Shown: in pieces, positions 1 to 10,077 of the stretch
Layout of the letters: every line of letters begins with the position of its first letter
Position numbering within the stretch: the first letter of the stretch is position 1
Assembly (NCBI GenBank): GCA_946415375.1
Contig: CAMKSF010000004.1
Coordinates: forward strand, 33,697 to 97,696
DNA: 64,000 nt
Direction of reading: 5' to 3'
From: an uncultured Clostridia bacterium
Lineage (GTDB): Bacteria; Bacillota; Clostridia; TANB77; CAG-508
Made by a program: the position numbers and the translations under genes
The notes under the pieces: model-generated
Seen by the model: the letters and a program-made list of their open reading frames with translations, nothing else
Database searches by the model: none
What the model was told of the DNA's origin: nothing

Positions 1-1732
1 TTGCATCTAAAATAATTTTGTTCTTGTAATTATCCAAAAATTCACTCTCATGTGAAGAAATAATTACAGATGCTTCACTATTGTCTAAAATATATTTAAT
101 TCTCGATTTAGGATATTCTGTATCAATTGGAATATAACAGTTTCCAGATTTCATTATACCTAAAAAACTAGCAACAGTCCATGCGGATTTTTCACATAGA
201 ACAGCTATTTTTTTACCCTTTGTTTCACCAATTGTATGAGCAATAATGTTAGACATGTTATTTAAGGTTTTATAAGAGTACTCAACAGAATTGTGCATTA
301 TAGCTATATCATCAGGATTTTTATTAACATTTTTTTCAAATAAATCAATTAAAGTTAAAGATTTATTGTATAAAGCTCTAGTTGTATTGAATTTTTTTAA
401 TATAAGCTTTTTCTCTCTAGGAAATAGTATTTCTATATCTTTAAGAGCTATTTCTTCATTTGATAGGACTTGACTAATTATATATAGTATTTTTTGATTT
501 ATCTTTTTTATATCATTACATGTATATAAAGATGTTTTATAATCATAGCATATATCTAAAGATCCTTTATCATCAAAATCATATATTTGAATAGTAATAT
601 TTTCTACGGAATTTCCGTTAAATGTCCAAATAGAAGAGTTATCGACAAATATTTCTTTAGACTTTGTATTTGTAATTTGATATGAAAAAACTGTATTATA
701 TAAAGGTGGAATACTTCCGTGTTTTTTTCTTAAATCTTCAAGTAAACTTTGATATGAATACTTTTGATGTTTTAACATTCCTACAGATTTTGAAGAGAGT
801 GATTTCACAAACTTTTTAAAAGTATTAATATTTGAGAAGTTTACTCTAAATGGAGCCATATTTACAAACATTCCAGAAGTATTTTTTTCTTTAAAGTTTA
901 CTCTGTTTAATATTGGTGTGCCAATTACAAAATCAGTTATGTTGGTTATACTGCGAATGTAGATGCTATATATTGCCATAAAAAAGTTAAACAAAGATAT
1001 ATTATTTTTAGAACAATATAGTTTTATTTTCTTAACTAGTTTTTTATCTAAACTATAAATATCTCTTTGAGCACATAGAGTCTCCATATAGCTTGTATTT
1101 TTAATGCTTCCAGGCAAAATAGGAATATCAGGAATAGTTTCAAATTCTTTATTCCAATATTCTTTATCTTTTAAATATCTTTTTGAATTTTTGTATTTTT
1201 CTTCGGATTTGATAAAATCGATGTATGAATATGTTTCATATTCATATGGAATGTCTGAAAGTAAAAATGCACAATATGTTTTTACAATTTGCTTAGAAAG
1301 AAAGCCCAATGTCCAAGAATCTGCAAGAATATGATGAATGTTTAAACAAAATGCAGCATGTCCATTAGGAAATGTGATTATATAAAAATTATAAGGATGC
1401 GAATCTAATAGATGAAATGGTTTTGATACTATTTCATCTAAAACTTTTTTAAATTCATTTAAATCTTTTGCACGTAAATAAACTATATCAGAATTAACAT
1501 AGTCTGATACATATTGCATTATTTCATTATTATTTATTGAAAATTTAATTTTAAAGATATCATTACTCTGCAATGTGTTAAGTATTGCCTTCTCTAATAA
1601 TCTTAAATTAACCTTTTCTTTTATTAAGGCTGTTCCGCAAATATTGTTTATTGAAGAGCCTTTATAGTATTCTTCTGTGACCCATATACTCTTTTGTGGA
1701 TTTGTTAAATTGTAATATTTTTTCTCGTGCAT
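1..1732 (-). CDS. Non-ribosomal peptide synthetase, N-terminal part (starter condensation domain plus the beginning of an adenylation domain). The 3' part runs off the window.
   Basis: Absent from the ORF track because there is no stop inside the window. The reverse strand is open from ATG 1732-1730 (GGTGG RBS upstream) to position 1 and reads MHEKKYYNLTNPQKSIWVTEEYY... It has the C-domain catalytic motif HHILADSW (HHxxxD), followed by an A-domain-like stretch IAVLCEKSAWTVASFLGIMKSGNCYIPIDTEYPKSRIKYIL. Confidence 0.8.
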   Translation of the reverse strand, partial: MHEKKYYNLTNPQKSIWVTEEYYKGSSINNICGTALIKEKVNLRLLEKAILNTLQSNDIFKIKFSINNNEIMQYVSDYVNSDIVYLRAKDLNEFKKVLDEIVSKPFHLLDSHPYNFYIITFPNGHAAFCLNIHHILADSWTLGFLSKQIVKTYCAFLLSDIPYEYETYSYIDFIKSEEKYKNSKRYLKDKEYWNKEFETIPDIPILPGSIKNTSYMETLCAQRDIYSLDKKLVKKIKLYCSKNNISLFNFFMAIYSIYIRSITNITDFVIGTPILNRVNFKEKNTSGMFVNMAPFRVNFSNINTFKKFVKSLSSKSVGMLKHQKYSYQSLLEDLRKKHGSIPPLYNTVFSYQITNTKSKEIFVDNSSIWTFNGNSVENITIQIYDFDDKGSLDICYDYKTSLYTCNDIKKINQKILYIISQVLSNEEIALKDIEILFPREKKLILKKFNTTRALYNKSLTLIDLFEKNVNKNPDDIAIMHNSVEYSYKTLNNMSNIIAHTIGETKGKKIAVLCEKSAWTVASFLGIMKSGNCYIPIDTEYPKSRIKYILDNSEASVIISSHESEFLDNYKNKIILDA

Positions 1733-1834
1733 ATTAACCCACCTTCAATTTTTTTCTTCATTATATTACTTATTAAATTCTTTTGCAACACTTTTTTTGA
1801 TTAAAATTATTATTTTTGTACATATTATAAAAAG

Positions 1835-2971
1835 GTGATAAAATTGAGAAAAAAAAGAAGCGGAAAAATCATTAAAACTTTAGTGATTATAGCAATTACA
1901 ACTATTACTATAACTATATTTTTTTATTTGGTAAAAATGTATAATAATATAGAAATTGTTGATAACTATAAGGCAGAAAGAACAAAACAATCCACAAACA
2001 ATGAACAAAATGTGGAAAAACTAATAGAAAAAAGTAAATCTACAGTAGATATAATTGAAGATGTTACAAAAAGTGTATGTGGAATTTCAAAACTTTCGAA
2101 TGTTGGAGGATCTATTCTATCTGTCGCAAGTGAAACAGAGTTGGGATTAGGTACTGGAATAGTAGTATCAAGCAATGGATATATTATAAGTAATGCTCAT
2201 GTTACTGGAGAAAAATTTAGTACTTGTTATGTAACAATAGAGGATAAAAATACATATACAGGTACTGTTGTATGGTCAGAAAGTAGTTTAGATTTATCTA
2301 TAGTTAAAATAAATGCAACTAATCTTATACATGCAAATATGGGAAAATCTAAAACTACAAGAGTTGGTGAAATAGTATATGCAATTGGAAATCCTGTGGG
2401 ATTCGAATTTAGAAGAACAGTAACATCAGGAATCATTAGTGCATTAAATCGTACAGTAAAACTACAAGAAGATGGAAAAGATATATATATGTCTGATTTA
2501 ATTCAAACAGATGCAACGATAAATCCAGGAAATAGTGGAGGACCACTAATAAACGCGGAAGGAGAAGTAATAGGAGTAAATTCTGTTAAAATAACATCTG
2601 CAGAAGGAATTGGATTTGCTGTTCCAATTGATGTTGTAAAACCTGTAATACAGAGTTTTATTGAAAAAGGAAGTTTTGAAGAAGCAAATTTAGGGTTATA
2701 TGTTTATGATGAAACTGTTTCTAATTATTTAGATTTAAAAAAAAGATTTTCTTCGGGGATATATATTGCAGAAATTACAAAACTAGGGCCAGTAGACGGT
2801 AAGGGTTTAAAAGAAGGAGACACAATAACAAAGATTGATGATAAATATATAGATACAATTAATGATTTAAGAGAATACATTTATACAAAAAAACCAGGAG
2901 ATAAGGTTTTTTTAAGCATTAATAAAGGTAAATATACGAAAGATATTGAAATAACCTTAGGAAAGAAATAG
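1835..2971 (+). CDS. htrA: HtrA/DegP-family serine protease with a PDZ domain
   Basis: N-terminal TM helix. Trypsin-like triad contexts SNAHV, DLSIVKI and GNSGGPLIN, with a C-terminal PDZ-like region. The start is uncertain (GTG 1835 or TTG 1844). Confidence 0.85.
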   Translation: MIKLRKKRSGKIIKTLVIIAITTITITIFFYLVKMYNNIEIVDNYKAERTKQSTNNEQNVEKLIEKSKSTVDIIEDVTKSVCGISKLSNVGGSILSVASETELGLGTGIVVSSNGYIISNAHVTGEKFSTCYVTIEDKNTYTGTVVWSESSLDLSIVKINATNLIHANMGKSKTTRVGEIVYAIGNPVGFEFRRTVTSGIISALNRTVKLQEDGKDIYMSDLIQTDATINPGNSGGPLINAEGEVIGVNSVKITSAEGIGFAVPIDVVKPVIQSFIEKGSFEEANLGLYVYDETVSNYLDLKKRFSSGIYIAEITKLGPVDGKGLKEGDTITKIDDKYIDTINDLREYIYTKKPGDKVFLSINKGKYTKDIEITLGKK

Positions 2972-3072
2972 TAAAATGTATTAGTTAAATCTAGTACATT
3001 TTTTTTATAAAAGAATAATTTCTATTGTTTTATTTAAATAAATATGATAGTATAAAACAAAAGAGGGAAAAA

Positions 3073-4284
3073 ATGATTAAGATAATATTAGGAATATTAA
3101 TAATATATGCAGCTATTTTTGAATATATTCGTAGAAAACATAAAGTAGAAAAATTCTATTATAGAGAAATTCCGTCCAATGATTCACCTGCGTATGTTGG
3201 TAAGATAATTAAAGGACACGCAGATGGAAATGATTTTATAGCAACATTATTAGACTTAACATATAGGGGATACATTAACATTCAACAAGAAAAAATAAGA
3301 GGAATAAATAAAAGAGTTTTATATTTACAAAAAAGAGGAAGTAGTTTAGATCTTAAAGAGCAAGAATTATTTTTAATAAATCAGGTATTTAAACAAAGTG
3401 ATAGAATTGTATTTGAAGATTATGTAAAAAGTAAAAATTTTAAGAGAGATTTTAAAATATTTGATAAAATGCTAAGTAAAAGAATAGAAGTTAAAAAATC
3501 AAATAATAACTCAATATTAAAAAATATAAATAAAATATTTTTATTTACATCATTTTTAATATTTGGATTAATGATTTTTTACTCTATTATTCTGCCAATG
3601 GTATTTTTTTTTACAAAGAGTATGAATTTAAATACAGATTTAAAGATAATAATAACTATATTAATTAGTTCAATTATTTTTGTGCTTTCGTCATATAAAT
3701 TGATTTCATACATTAACAAAACACATAATGCGCAGGAAAATATAAATATAAATATTATTTATATCATTCTATGTATTGTTGCAATACTTTTTTTAGGTTT
3801 TACAAGCAAAACAAAAATAATTGAAATATTTATGACAGAAAATTTATGGTACGAGATGCTTTTAAATTTTATAATTTCATTAATTACGTTATTATATATT
3901 TTTAATATAATAAGAAATAAAGAAAAGTATTTATATTACAGTTTTATAGGAATTAGTCTTATAGCGATTTTTGTAAATTATAGAATTACAATGTGTATAT
4001 GTGTAATCTTTATAGCTACATATATTTTTTATAAATCACCTAAATATATAAAGATAGAAACAGATGATTTCATATACAAGTGGACAGGCTTTAAAAATTA
4101 TTTAAATGATTATTCTATAATAGCAACACATGAAGAAAATGCTATGTTAATATGGGAAAAATATTTAATTTATGCAGTGTCCTTAGGAGTAAATAAGAAA
4201 ATAATAAAGAAATATGGTAATATAGAGAATTCTTTATTAAGTAATACATATTTGAAAAAATTGTATACAGAATATTTTGAATAA
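3073..4284 (+). CDS. DUF2207-like multi-pass membrane protein
   Basis: ORF 3025..4284, with the start moved to ATG 3073 behind AGAGGGA. YYREIPSNDSPAYVG..ATLLDLTYRGYI and the C-terminal WTGFKNYL..LIWEKYLIYAVSLGV match my recollection of the DUF2207 signature. Several TM helices. Confidence 0.65.
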   Translation: MIKIILGILIIYAAIFEYIRRKHKVEKFYYREIPSNDSPAYVGKIIKGHADGNDFIATLLDLTYRGYINIQQEKIRGINKRVLYLQKRGSSLDLKEQELFLINQVFKQSDRIVFEDYVKSKNFKRDFKIFDKMLSKRIEVKKSNNNSILKNINKIFLFTSFLIFGLMIFYSIILPMVFFFTKSMNLNTDLKIIITILISSIIFVLSSYKLISYINKTHNAQENININIIYIILCIVAILFLGFTSKTKIIEIFMTENLWYEMLLNFIISLITLLYIFNIIRNKEKYLYYSFIGISLIAIFVNYRITMCICVIFIATYIFYKSPKYIKIETDDFIYKWTGFKNYLNDYSIIATHEENAMLIWEKYLIYAVSLGVNKKIIKKYGNIENSLLSNTYLKKLYTEYFE

Positions 4285-4298
4285 AAAAGGAGAAAAAA

Positions 4299-5228
4299 AT
4301 GGGAAGCGAAGAAACAATAGTTAATAAAATTATTCCAATTGATACTATAATTGAGGTAGCAAATTATTTAGAAGATCAAAAAGAAGAATATGAAATATTA
4401 TTTCAAAATGATGAGAATAAGAATGCTGGACTAAACTATGGTGATCAAGTTTATGAGTATAAAAAGAGTTTATTGAAGATAGAATATACTATAAGGTTTA
4501 AAGATGGTAAAGAAATAACAGAGCAAAGTTATGATTGGTTTATAAGTAATCTTCAAAATTTAAGCGTAATAGAAAGAATTGATATGTATTATTTCGTCAG
4601 CTATTCATCAAATATCAAAGAAAAAGAAAAATATGAGTATATGCATTTAGATACCTGGGTACATTTTTATGAAAACCGTGTTTCGATTAAAGTTGATGGA
4701 AAAAATGTAGAAGAGCAAGCATATAGAATGCATTCGTATATAAGAGGAATCATAGAAAACAATGATGAAAGATATAATAAAACTGTAAAAAATAGAAAAT
4801 TAAGAATACAAAGTTTTTGTCTTTCTATAGGATTTGTATTATCATATATCATATATTTGGTTTTGATTGCAAATAAAGCAAAGCTAAATGCTCAATTTGG
4901 AAATTACTTAAATAATAAAATGTTTATAATATTTGGACAATGGTTTATTTCAGTTTTACTTGGAAATATTTTAGGCTATCCAATAATGATGATGCTATAT
5001 AGAAGCATTTTACCTAAAACTAAATATTCACATTATAGCAAATCATCTCGTAAATCAGTATATGTTGACAATTTAGAAGATTTTACATCTCATGATGAAG
5101 TGCAAATTGGAGCTAATGCAAATAATGGAAAAAATAGAGAAACTATAGAAAAAATATATAAAATCACAAGTAAAATAGTATTGGTTCAGGTCGCTTTAAG
5201 TATATTATTTTTTGTTATTATGAAATAA
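4299..5228 (+). CDS. Hypothetical membrane protein
   Basis: 309-aa ORF behind an AAGGAG RBS. The N-half is soluble and the C-half has hydrophobic helices. No family recognised. Confidence 0.55.
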   Translation: MGSEETIVNKIIPIDTIIEVANYLEDQKEEYEILFQNDENKNAGLNYGDQVYEYKKSLLKIEYTIRFKDGKEITEQSYDWFISNLQNLSVIERIDMYYFVSYSSNIKEKEKYEYMHLDTWVHFYENRVSIKVDGKNVEEQAYRMHSYIRGIIENNDERYNKTVKNRKLRIQSFCLSIGFVLSYIIYLVLIANKAKLNAQFGNYLNNKMFIIFGQWFISVLLGNILGYPIMMMLYRSILPKTKYSHYSKSSRKSVYVDNLEDFTSHDEVQIGANANNGKNRETIEKIYKITSKIVLVQVALSILFFVIMK

Positions 5229-5234
5229 GAAAAT

Positions 5235-5270
5235 CCCCATAAATCGTTTTGATTTATGGGGTAGTTTTAT
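5235..5270. terminator. Bidirectional intrinsic terminator between convergent genes
   Basis: Stem CCCCATAAATC (5235-5245) / GATTTATGGGG (5251-5261) with a 5-nt loop. T-rich on the + side and A-rich upstream. Confidence 0.6.
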
Positions 5271-5608
5271 TTTAAATCCTTTAACATTTTAGCCATTTGT
5301 AAAACTACTTCTAATTTATCAGTAGATAATTCAGCAAGTTTTTCAGAAACTTCAATTTCCTTTTTTACTCTAGGATTAGTAATAAATTCTTTGTAAAATA
5401 AATTAGGTGTAATACCTAGAATATTAACATATTTTGCAAGAGTTTCTTTACTAATACCACCAATACCTGTTTCTACTCTTGATACATATTTTTCAGAAAT
5501 TCCTAATTTTTCTGCCATATCTGCTTGTGTATAATCCATTTTATTTCTATATTGTTTTAAAATAGAACCAAAAACTCTATCCATCTCAGATTTTACTTCT
5601 GCGTTCAT
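5267..5608 (-). CDS. XRE-family helix-turn-helix transcriptional regulator
   Basis: LKQYRNKMDYTQADMAEKLGISEKYVSRVETG is a typical Cro/C1 HTH. 113 aa. Confidence 0.8.
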   Translation of the reverse strand: MNAEVKSEMDRVFGSILKQYRNKMDYTQADMAEKLGISEKYVSRVETGIGGISKETLAKYVNILGITPNLFYKEFITNPRVKKEIEVSEKLAELSTDKLEVVLQMAKMLKDLK

Positions 5609-5849
5609 ATTTACCTCCTCATAAATTTGTTTTAAATAGTATATCAGTAATTAACATAATAATAAACGAACTATTAGTTAGAAAAACTAATTAATGGTTG
5701 TAATAGTTTTATAATTTAAAAATAAGTTATAAAGATGTGATATATATTCAAAATAACATTTTGCGACCCGATGCTATTACAAAAGAATATTGTTATATAA
5801 AATGAAACAATGATTAAAATGAAGTGAATCATATTAAAAATGAGATAAT

Positions 5850-5880
5850 AAAATTAAAAGGAGCTCTAAAATAGAGCTCC
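5850..5880 (-). terminator. Intrinsic terminator of the 5897..6127 gene
   Basis: GGAGCTCT (5860-5867) / AGAGCTCC (5873-5880) hairpin, followed on the - strand by TTTTAATTTT. Confidence 0.6.
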
Positions 5881-5896
5881 TCTAAGAAGAGTCAAA

Positions 5897-6127
5897 TTAA
5901 TCTTTAACCAATATAAAGGTCTGTGAAAGTGAAATAGATCTTGTTTCAGAGGTAAGTCGAGGATTGTATCGATCTTTTTCTGACCGACCTCCTGTATCAC
6001 TTTGCACTAGATTGCTCATTTGGTCAATCCGATATCCATATTTGTTGCAGTATTCATCTACCATTTCATCAACTTCTCTTTGAAAGAGTTTAGGGATATT
6101 TGATATGGTTTTTACTATAGTATGCAT
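5897..6127 (-). CDS. Small hypothetical protein (76 aa)
   Basis: ORF 5897..6151 trimmed to ATG 6127, which has a GGAGG RBS 6 nt upstream. No family recognised. Confidence 0.45.
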   Translation of the reverse strand: MHTIVKTISNIPKLFQREVDEMVDEYCNKYGYRIDQMSNLVQSDTGGRSEKDRYNPRLTSETRSISLSQTFILVKD

Positions 6128-6340
6128 TTTGATCCTCCATATATAATGCAAATTAGCAAGTTTCGATGTATATTATACAGTGTATTTACATAAATGTCAA
6201 CATAATAAATAAAAAATAAGATAGTTAAAAAGTATTTTAATTTTTTAAAAATTGAGATATAATTAAAGTATCATTTTATGACCAGACATCTTTACAATAA
6301 AGTATAGTTATATAAAATAAAAAAACAAAGGAAAAAAATA

Positions 6341-7834
6341 ATGAATAATGTTAATCTTTCAAAATCAAAATATTGCAGTGCAAAATCTTGCTTTAAAAAA
6401 TTATGGATGCAAAAATATAAGCCACAAGAGGCTATACAAAAAGCAAGAGATGCAGTTTTTAAAAATGGTATAGCTGTTGGAAACTTAGCAAAAGGATTAT
6501 TTGGAAAATATGAAGATGTTGAATTCAATAAAAATCTAAATGTTATGATAGAAAAAACAAAAGAACTATTAAAGCAAAATGCAAAAATTATTACAGAAGC
6601 ATCTTTTTTGTATGATAACAATTTTTGTAGTGTAGATATATTAAAGAATACGAAAGATGGATTTGAAATATATGAAGTTAAAAGTGGGGCAAGTTTAAAG
6701 GACATAAACATAGATGATGTGTCATATCAATACTTTGTTTTAACAAGATTAGGATATAATGTAAAAAAGGCTTTTTTAGTATATATAAATAATGAATATA
6801 TTAGACATGGAGAACTAGAATTAAAAAAATTATTTAATATAGAAGAAGTCACAGAAGAAGCTAAATCAAAAATTGGTGAAATAGAATTAAATATAAAAGT
6901 TATAAATAGTTTTATGGAAGAATACACGAAAGATAATGAGCCTGAGTCAAAGTTAGGAATGCATTGCAAAGACCCATATATGTGTGACTATTGGGAATAT
7001 TGTACCAAAGATTTACCTAAACCTAATGTATTTGACATTAATAAATTGGATTGGACAAAAAAATTTGAAAAATACGAAGAAGGAAAAATAAGTTTTAAAG
7101 ACCTACAAAATGAAAATTTAGCTAAAAGATTTCAAGAACAAATAGACTTTGAAGTTGAAAATTTAGAACCTAAAATAAATGTAGAAGCTATAGAGCAAAT
7201 AATGAATTCACTAAAATATCCACTTTATTTTATAGACTATGAAACTATTCAACCTGTAATACCTGAATATGAAGGAACATGGCCATATGAGCAACTTCCT
7301 TTCCAATATTCTTTGCATGTTATAAAAGAAAAAGGAGCAGAAGTAGAACATAGAGAATTTTTAGCTGATATAGATGATAAAGATTTTTTAAGACACTTTG
7401 TAGAAAGCATGATAAAAGATATGCCAGAGGATGGTAGTGTAATAATATATAATAATAGTTTTGAACCAGTAATTAACAGACAACTGGCACAATTATTTCC
7501 TGATTTAGAAAAAGAACTAACAAGAATTAATGCAAATATTGTGGACTTTCAAGTTCCATTTAGAAGTAGAGACTATTATGTAAAAGAAATGGAAGGGTCA
7601 TATTCAATAAAAAAAGTACTACCTGCATTATATCCAAATGATCCTGATTTAGATTATCATAAATTACCATCTGTACATAACGGAACAGAGGCTTCAGATA
7701 CTTTTCTAAACATGAGAAATATGTCAAAAGAAGAACAAGAAGAAATAAGAAAAGGGCTATTAGTTTATTGCGAATTAGATACTTATGCTATGGTAAAGAT
7801 ATGGGAAAAATTTAAAGAAATAATAGGAGGGTAA
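6341..7834 (+). CDS. DUF2779-family protein (Cas4/RecB-like Fe-S nuclease N-domain plus RNase-H-like C-domain)
   Basis: N-terminal LSKSKYCSAKSCFKKLWMQKYKP, Cys cluster CKDPYMCDYWEYC, and C-terminal YFIDYETIQPVIPEYEGTWPYEQLPFQYSLHV all match my recollection of DUF2779. Confidence 0.7.
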   Translation: MNNVNLSKSKYCSAKSCFKKLWMQKYKPQEAIQKARDAVFKNGIAVGNLAKGLFGKYEDVEFNKNLNVMIEKTKELLKQNAKIITEASFLYDNNFCSVDILKNTKDGFEIYEVKSGASLKDINIDDVSYQYFVLTRLGYNVKKAFLVYINNEYIRHGELELKKLFNIEEVTEEAKSKIGEIELNIKVINSFMEEYTKDNEPESKLGMHCKDPYMCDYWEYCTKDLPKPNVFDINKLDWTKKFEKYEEGKISFKDLQNENLAKRFQEQIDFEVENLEPKINVEAIEQIMNSLKYPLYFIDYETIQPVIPEYEGTWPYEQLPFQYSLHVIKEKGAEVEHREFLADIDDKDFLRHFVESMIKDMPEDGSVIIYNNSFEPVINRQLAQLFPDLEKELTRINANIVDFQVPFRSRDYYVKEMEGSYSIKKVLPALYPNDPDLDYHKLPSVHNGTEASDTFLNMRNMSKEEQEEIRKGLLVYCELDTYAMVKIWEKFKEIIGG

Positions 7835-7836
7835 CT

Positions 7837-8829
7837 ATGGAACTATACGAGAAAAATGGGAATATATTATACATATTAAATGTACTAAAAAAATACAGTG
7901 ATGAAGAACATAAATTATCAATTTCTGATATAAGAAAAAAGATTAATGAAAAATATGAAATAGATATTGACCCAAGAACAATTAGAAGAAATATAAATTT
8001 GCTGCAACAAAAATTTGGATATGATATAAGTACATATAATGATAATAAAATAGGTTATTATATTACGAATGATCCAGAAACAGACTTTGAGCCAGGAGAG
8101 ATTAGGGCAATAATAGATACATTTAGCTATTCTTCTTTTATAGAGCCAAGAATAGCAAAGAGTATCATAAAAAAATGTAAGAATCTACAGACATTATATG
8201 AAAACGAAAAAATAAAAAATTATAGGATTTATTCTCCAAAAGGGAAAACAAACAATATTGAGGTAATAAAAAACATAGAAGATATTGCAAATAGTATAAA
8301 GAAAAAAAATAAAATTACATTTGAGTATTGGAAATATCTTATTAATGGAAACAAAATAGAAAAGCAAATTGTAAGTAAACCTAAAGCTTCTCCTTATGCT
8401 TTAGTTTATGATAAACAGCAATTCTATATGTTAGGTATAAAAGAAGGAAATAAAGAACTTTACCATTACAGATTAGATAGAATAAAGAACTTAATAGAAT
8501 TAGAAGAAAAAATAAAAATAAAAATGACAGAAAAAGATATAGAGCATTATGCAGATAGTTCTGTTGAAGGTTTTAGTGGAAATGAAGTACAAATAGAAGC
8601 TGAATGTAATGAATATTTACTTGACGAAGTTATTGAGAAATTCGGAAAGAATGTTGAAATAAAGCCAATAAATGAGACAACATTTAAAATGAAATTAAAA
8701 GCTAACCCTTTAGGATTTAAACTTTGGACAATGAGAAACTTAGACTTAGTTACTATAATAAAACCTATAAGTCTTGTTAAAGATATAAAAGAGATTATTA
8801 AAGAAGCGGGAAAGAGATATAAAGAGTGA
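7837..8829 (+). CDS. WYL-domain transcriptional regulator (wHTH-WYL)
   Basis: Starts 2 nt after the DUF2779 stop. N-terminal ILYILNVLKKYSDEEHKLSISDIRKKI...DPRTIRRNINLL wHTH, and a central YHYRLDRIKNL WYL-type strand. Confidence 0.7.
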   Translation: MELYEKNGNILYILNVLKKYSDEEHKLSISDIRKKINEKYEIDIDPRTIRRNINLLQQKFGYDISTYNDNKIGYYITNDPETDFEPGEIRAIIDTFSYSSFIEPRIAKSIIKKCKNLQTLYENEKIKNYRIYSPKGKTNNIEVIKNIEDIANSIKKKNKITFEYWKYLINGNKIEKQIVSKPKASPYALVYDKQQFYMLGIKEGNKELYHYRLDRIKNLIELEEKIKIKMTEKDIEHYADSSVEGFSGNEVQIEAECNEYLLDEVIEKFGKNVEIKPINETTFKMKLKANPLGFKLWTMRNLDLVTIIKPISLVKDIKEIIKEAGKRYKE

Positions 8830-8898
8830 CAAGGCATCAAGATGTGCAGAATATTTTGATATTACGAATAATAGAAATTACAATTAGTTTAAACAAGT

Positions 8899-8940
8899 AA
8901 AGTGCAATTTTTTGTGTTTAAAGTGCAAAAAATGCACTTT
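8899..8940. promoter_or_regulatory. AAAGTGCA half-site plus a perfect palindrome upstream of the Fic gene (candidate operator)
   Basis: AAAGTGCA at 8899-8906, then AAAGTGCA (8920-8927) aaaaa TGCACTTT (8933-8940). Lies 57 nt upstream of ATG 8997. Confidence 0.4.
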
Positions 8941-8996
8941 AAATATTGCAATTATATCTAATAACTGATATAATATATATGTAGGAGGTATTTCTA

Positions 8997-10055
8997 ATGG
9001 ATAAAAAAGAAGATTGGAATTTAGAACTATCAGAATATATTAAGCAAGGTGAACCTAGTAGAGTAGAAAAAACTAAAACATGGGAAACAGCAATAGGTTT
9101 GCAAGATGTGGATGGATTAAAACCTTCAAAATACTTGATTAAACAGGCTAGAGAACATATTGAAGGAAATATAGATATAGAAGAAGTCAAAACAAGAATA
9201 GATGAGTATTATGAAGTTCGAGGAAGTAGAAAAAATATTGAAAAAGAAAATGAAGAAGCAGATAAAGTGGCAGCCAGAATTACAGAATTACTAAGTGAAA
9301 ATGCATTTAATTTTGCTCCAACTGAATTACTAAATATTCATAAAAGATTATTTAAAGATATATTTGATGGTGCAGGAGAATATAGAGATTATAACTTTAC
9401 CAAAAAAGAATGGGTACTAAATGGAGATACGGTAATATATGCACCATATGAATCAATAAGAGAAACATTAGAATATGATTTTGATCAGGAAAAGAAATTC
9501 TCATATAAAGATCTAAGTTTGGATGAATCAATTAGACATCTATGTAGATTTACATCAAATATATGGCAAGTACATCCATTCTGTGAAGGAAATACAAGAA
9601 CAACGGCAGTGTTTATAATTAAGTACTTAAGAACTTTTGGATTTAATATCAAGACGCAGGTATTTGCAGACAATTCATGGTATTTTAGAAACTCATTAGT
9701 AAGAGCTAATTATAAAAATTTTGAAAAGAATGTATATGAAGATACATCGTTTTTAGAAAAATTCTTTTACAATTTACTTACAGAAAGTAAACATGAATTA
9801 AAAAATAGATATGCACATATAGACTTTGTTCAAGAAGAAAAACAAAATGATGTAAAATCAAATAATCAGACACTAGAAGAACAGGCAATTATAAATATAT
9901 TAAAAGAGAATTCGAAGGCAAAACAAGAAGAAATTGCATCAAAGATTAATAAATCAGTAAGAACAGTAAAAAAATATATGTCAGAGATGCAAGATAAGGG
10001 ATTGATAGAAAGAAAGAATGGCAAGAAGAATGGCGAATGGTTTGTGAATTATTAA
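8997..10055 (+). CDS. Fic-family protein with a non-canonical active-site motif and a C-terminal wHTH
   Basis: The Fic motif reads HPFCEGNTRTTA, where the canonical form is HxFx(D/E)GNGRxxR. The N-terminal WETAIGLQDVDGLKPSKYL..IEGNIDIEEV resembles a VbhA-like segment. The C-terminal EEQAIINILKEN..QEEIASKINKSVRTVKKYMSEMQDKGLI is a wHTH. Confidence 0.75.
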   Translation: MDKKEDWNLELSEYIKQGEPSRVEKTKTWETAIGLQDVDGLKPSKYLIKQAREHIEGNIDIEEVKTRIDEYYEVRGSRKNIEKENEEADKVAARITELLSENAFNFAPTELLNIHKRLFKDIFDGAGEYRDYNFTKKEWVLNGDTVIYAPYESIRETLEYDFDQEKKFSYKDLSLDESIRHLCRFTSNIWQVHPFCEGNTRTTAVFIIKYLRTFGFNIKTQVFADNSWYFRNSLVRANYKNFEKNVYEDTSFLEKFFYNLLTESKHELKNRYAHIDFVQEEKQNDVKSNNQTLEEQAIINILKENSKAKQEEIASKINKSVRTVKKYMSEMQDKGLIERKNGKKNGEWFVNY

Positions 10056-10077
10056 TAGTAAGTTATAAGGTGAGTAA

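Noticed and set aside
8997-9200. The inhibitory (S/T)xxxE(G/N) alpha-inh motif in the N-terminal segment of the first Fic protein.
   Set aside because: No exact match was found. The closest are TKTWET and REHIEGN, which do not fit. I therefore make no claim of auto-inhibition.
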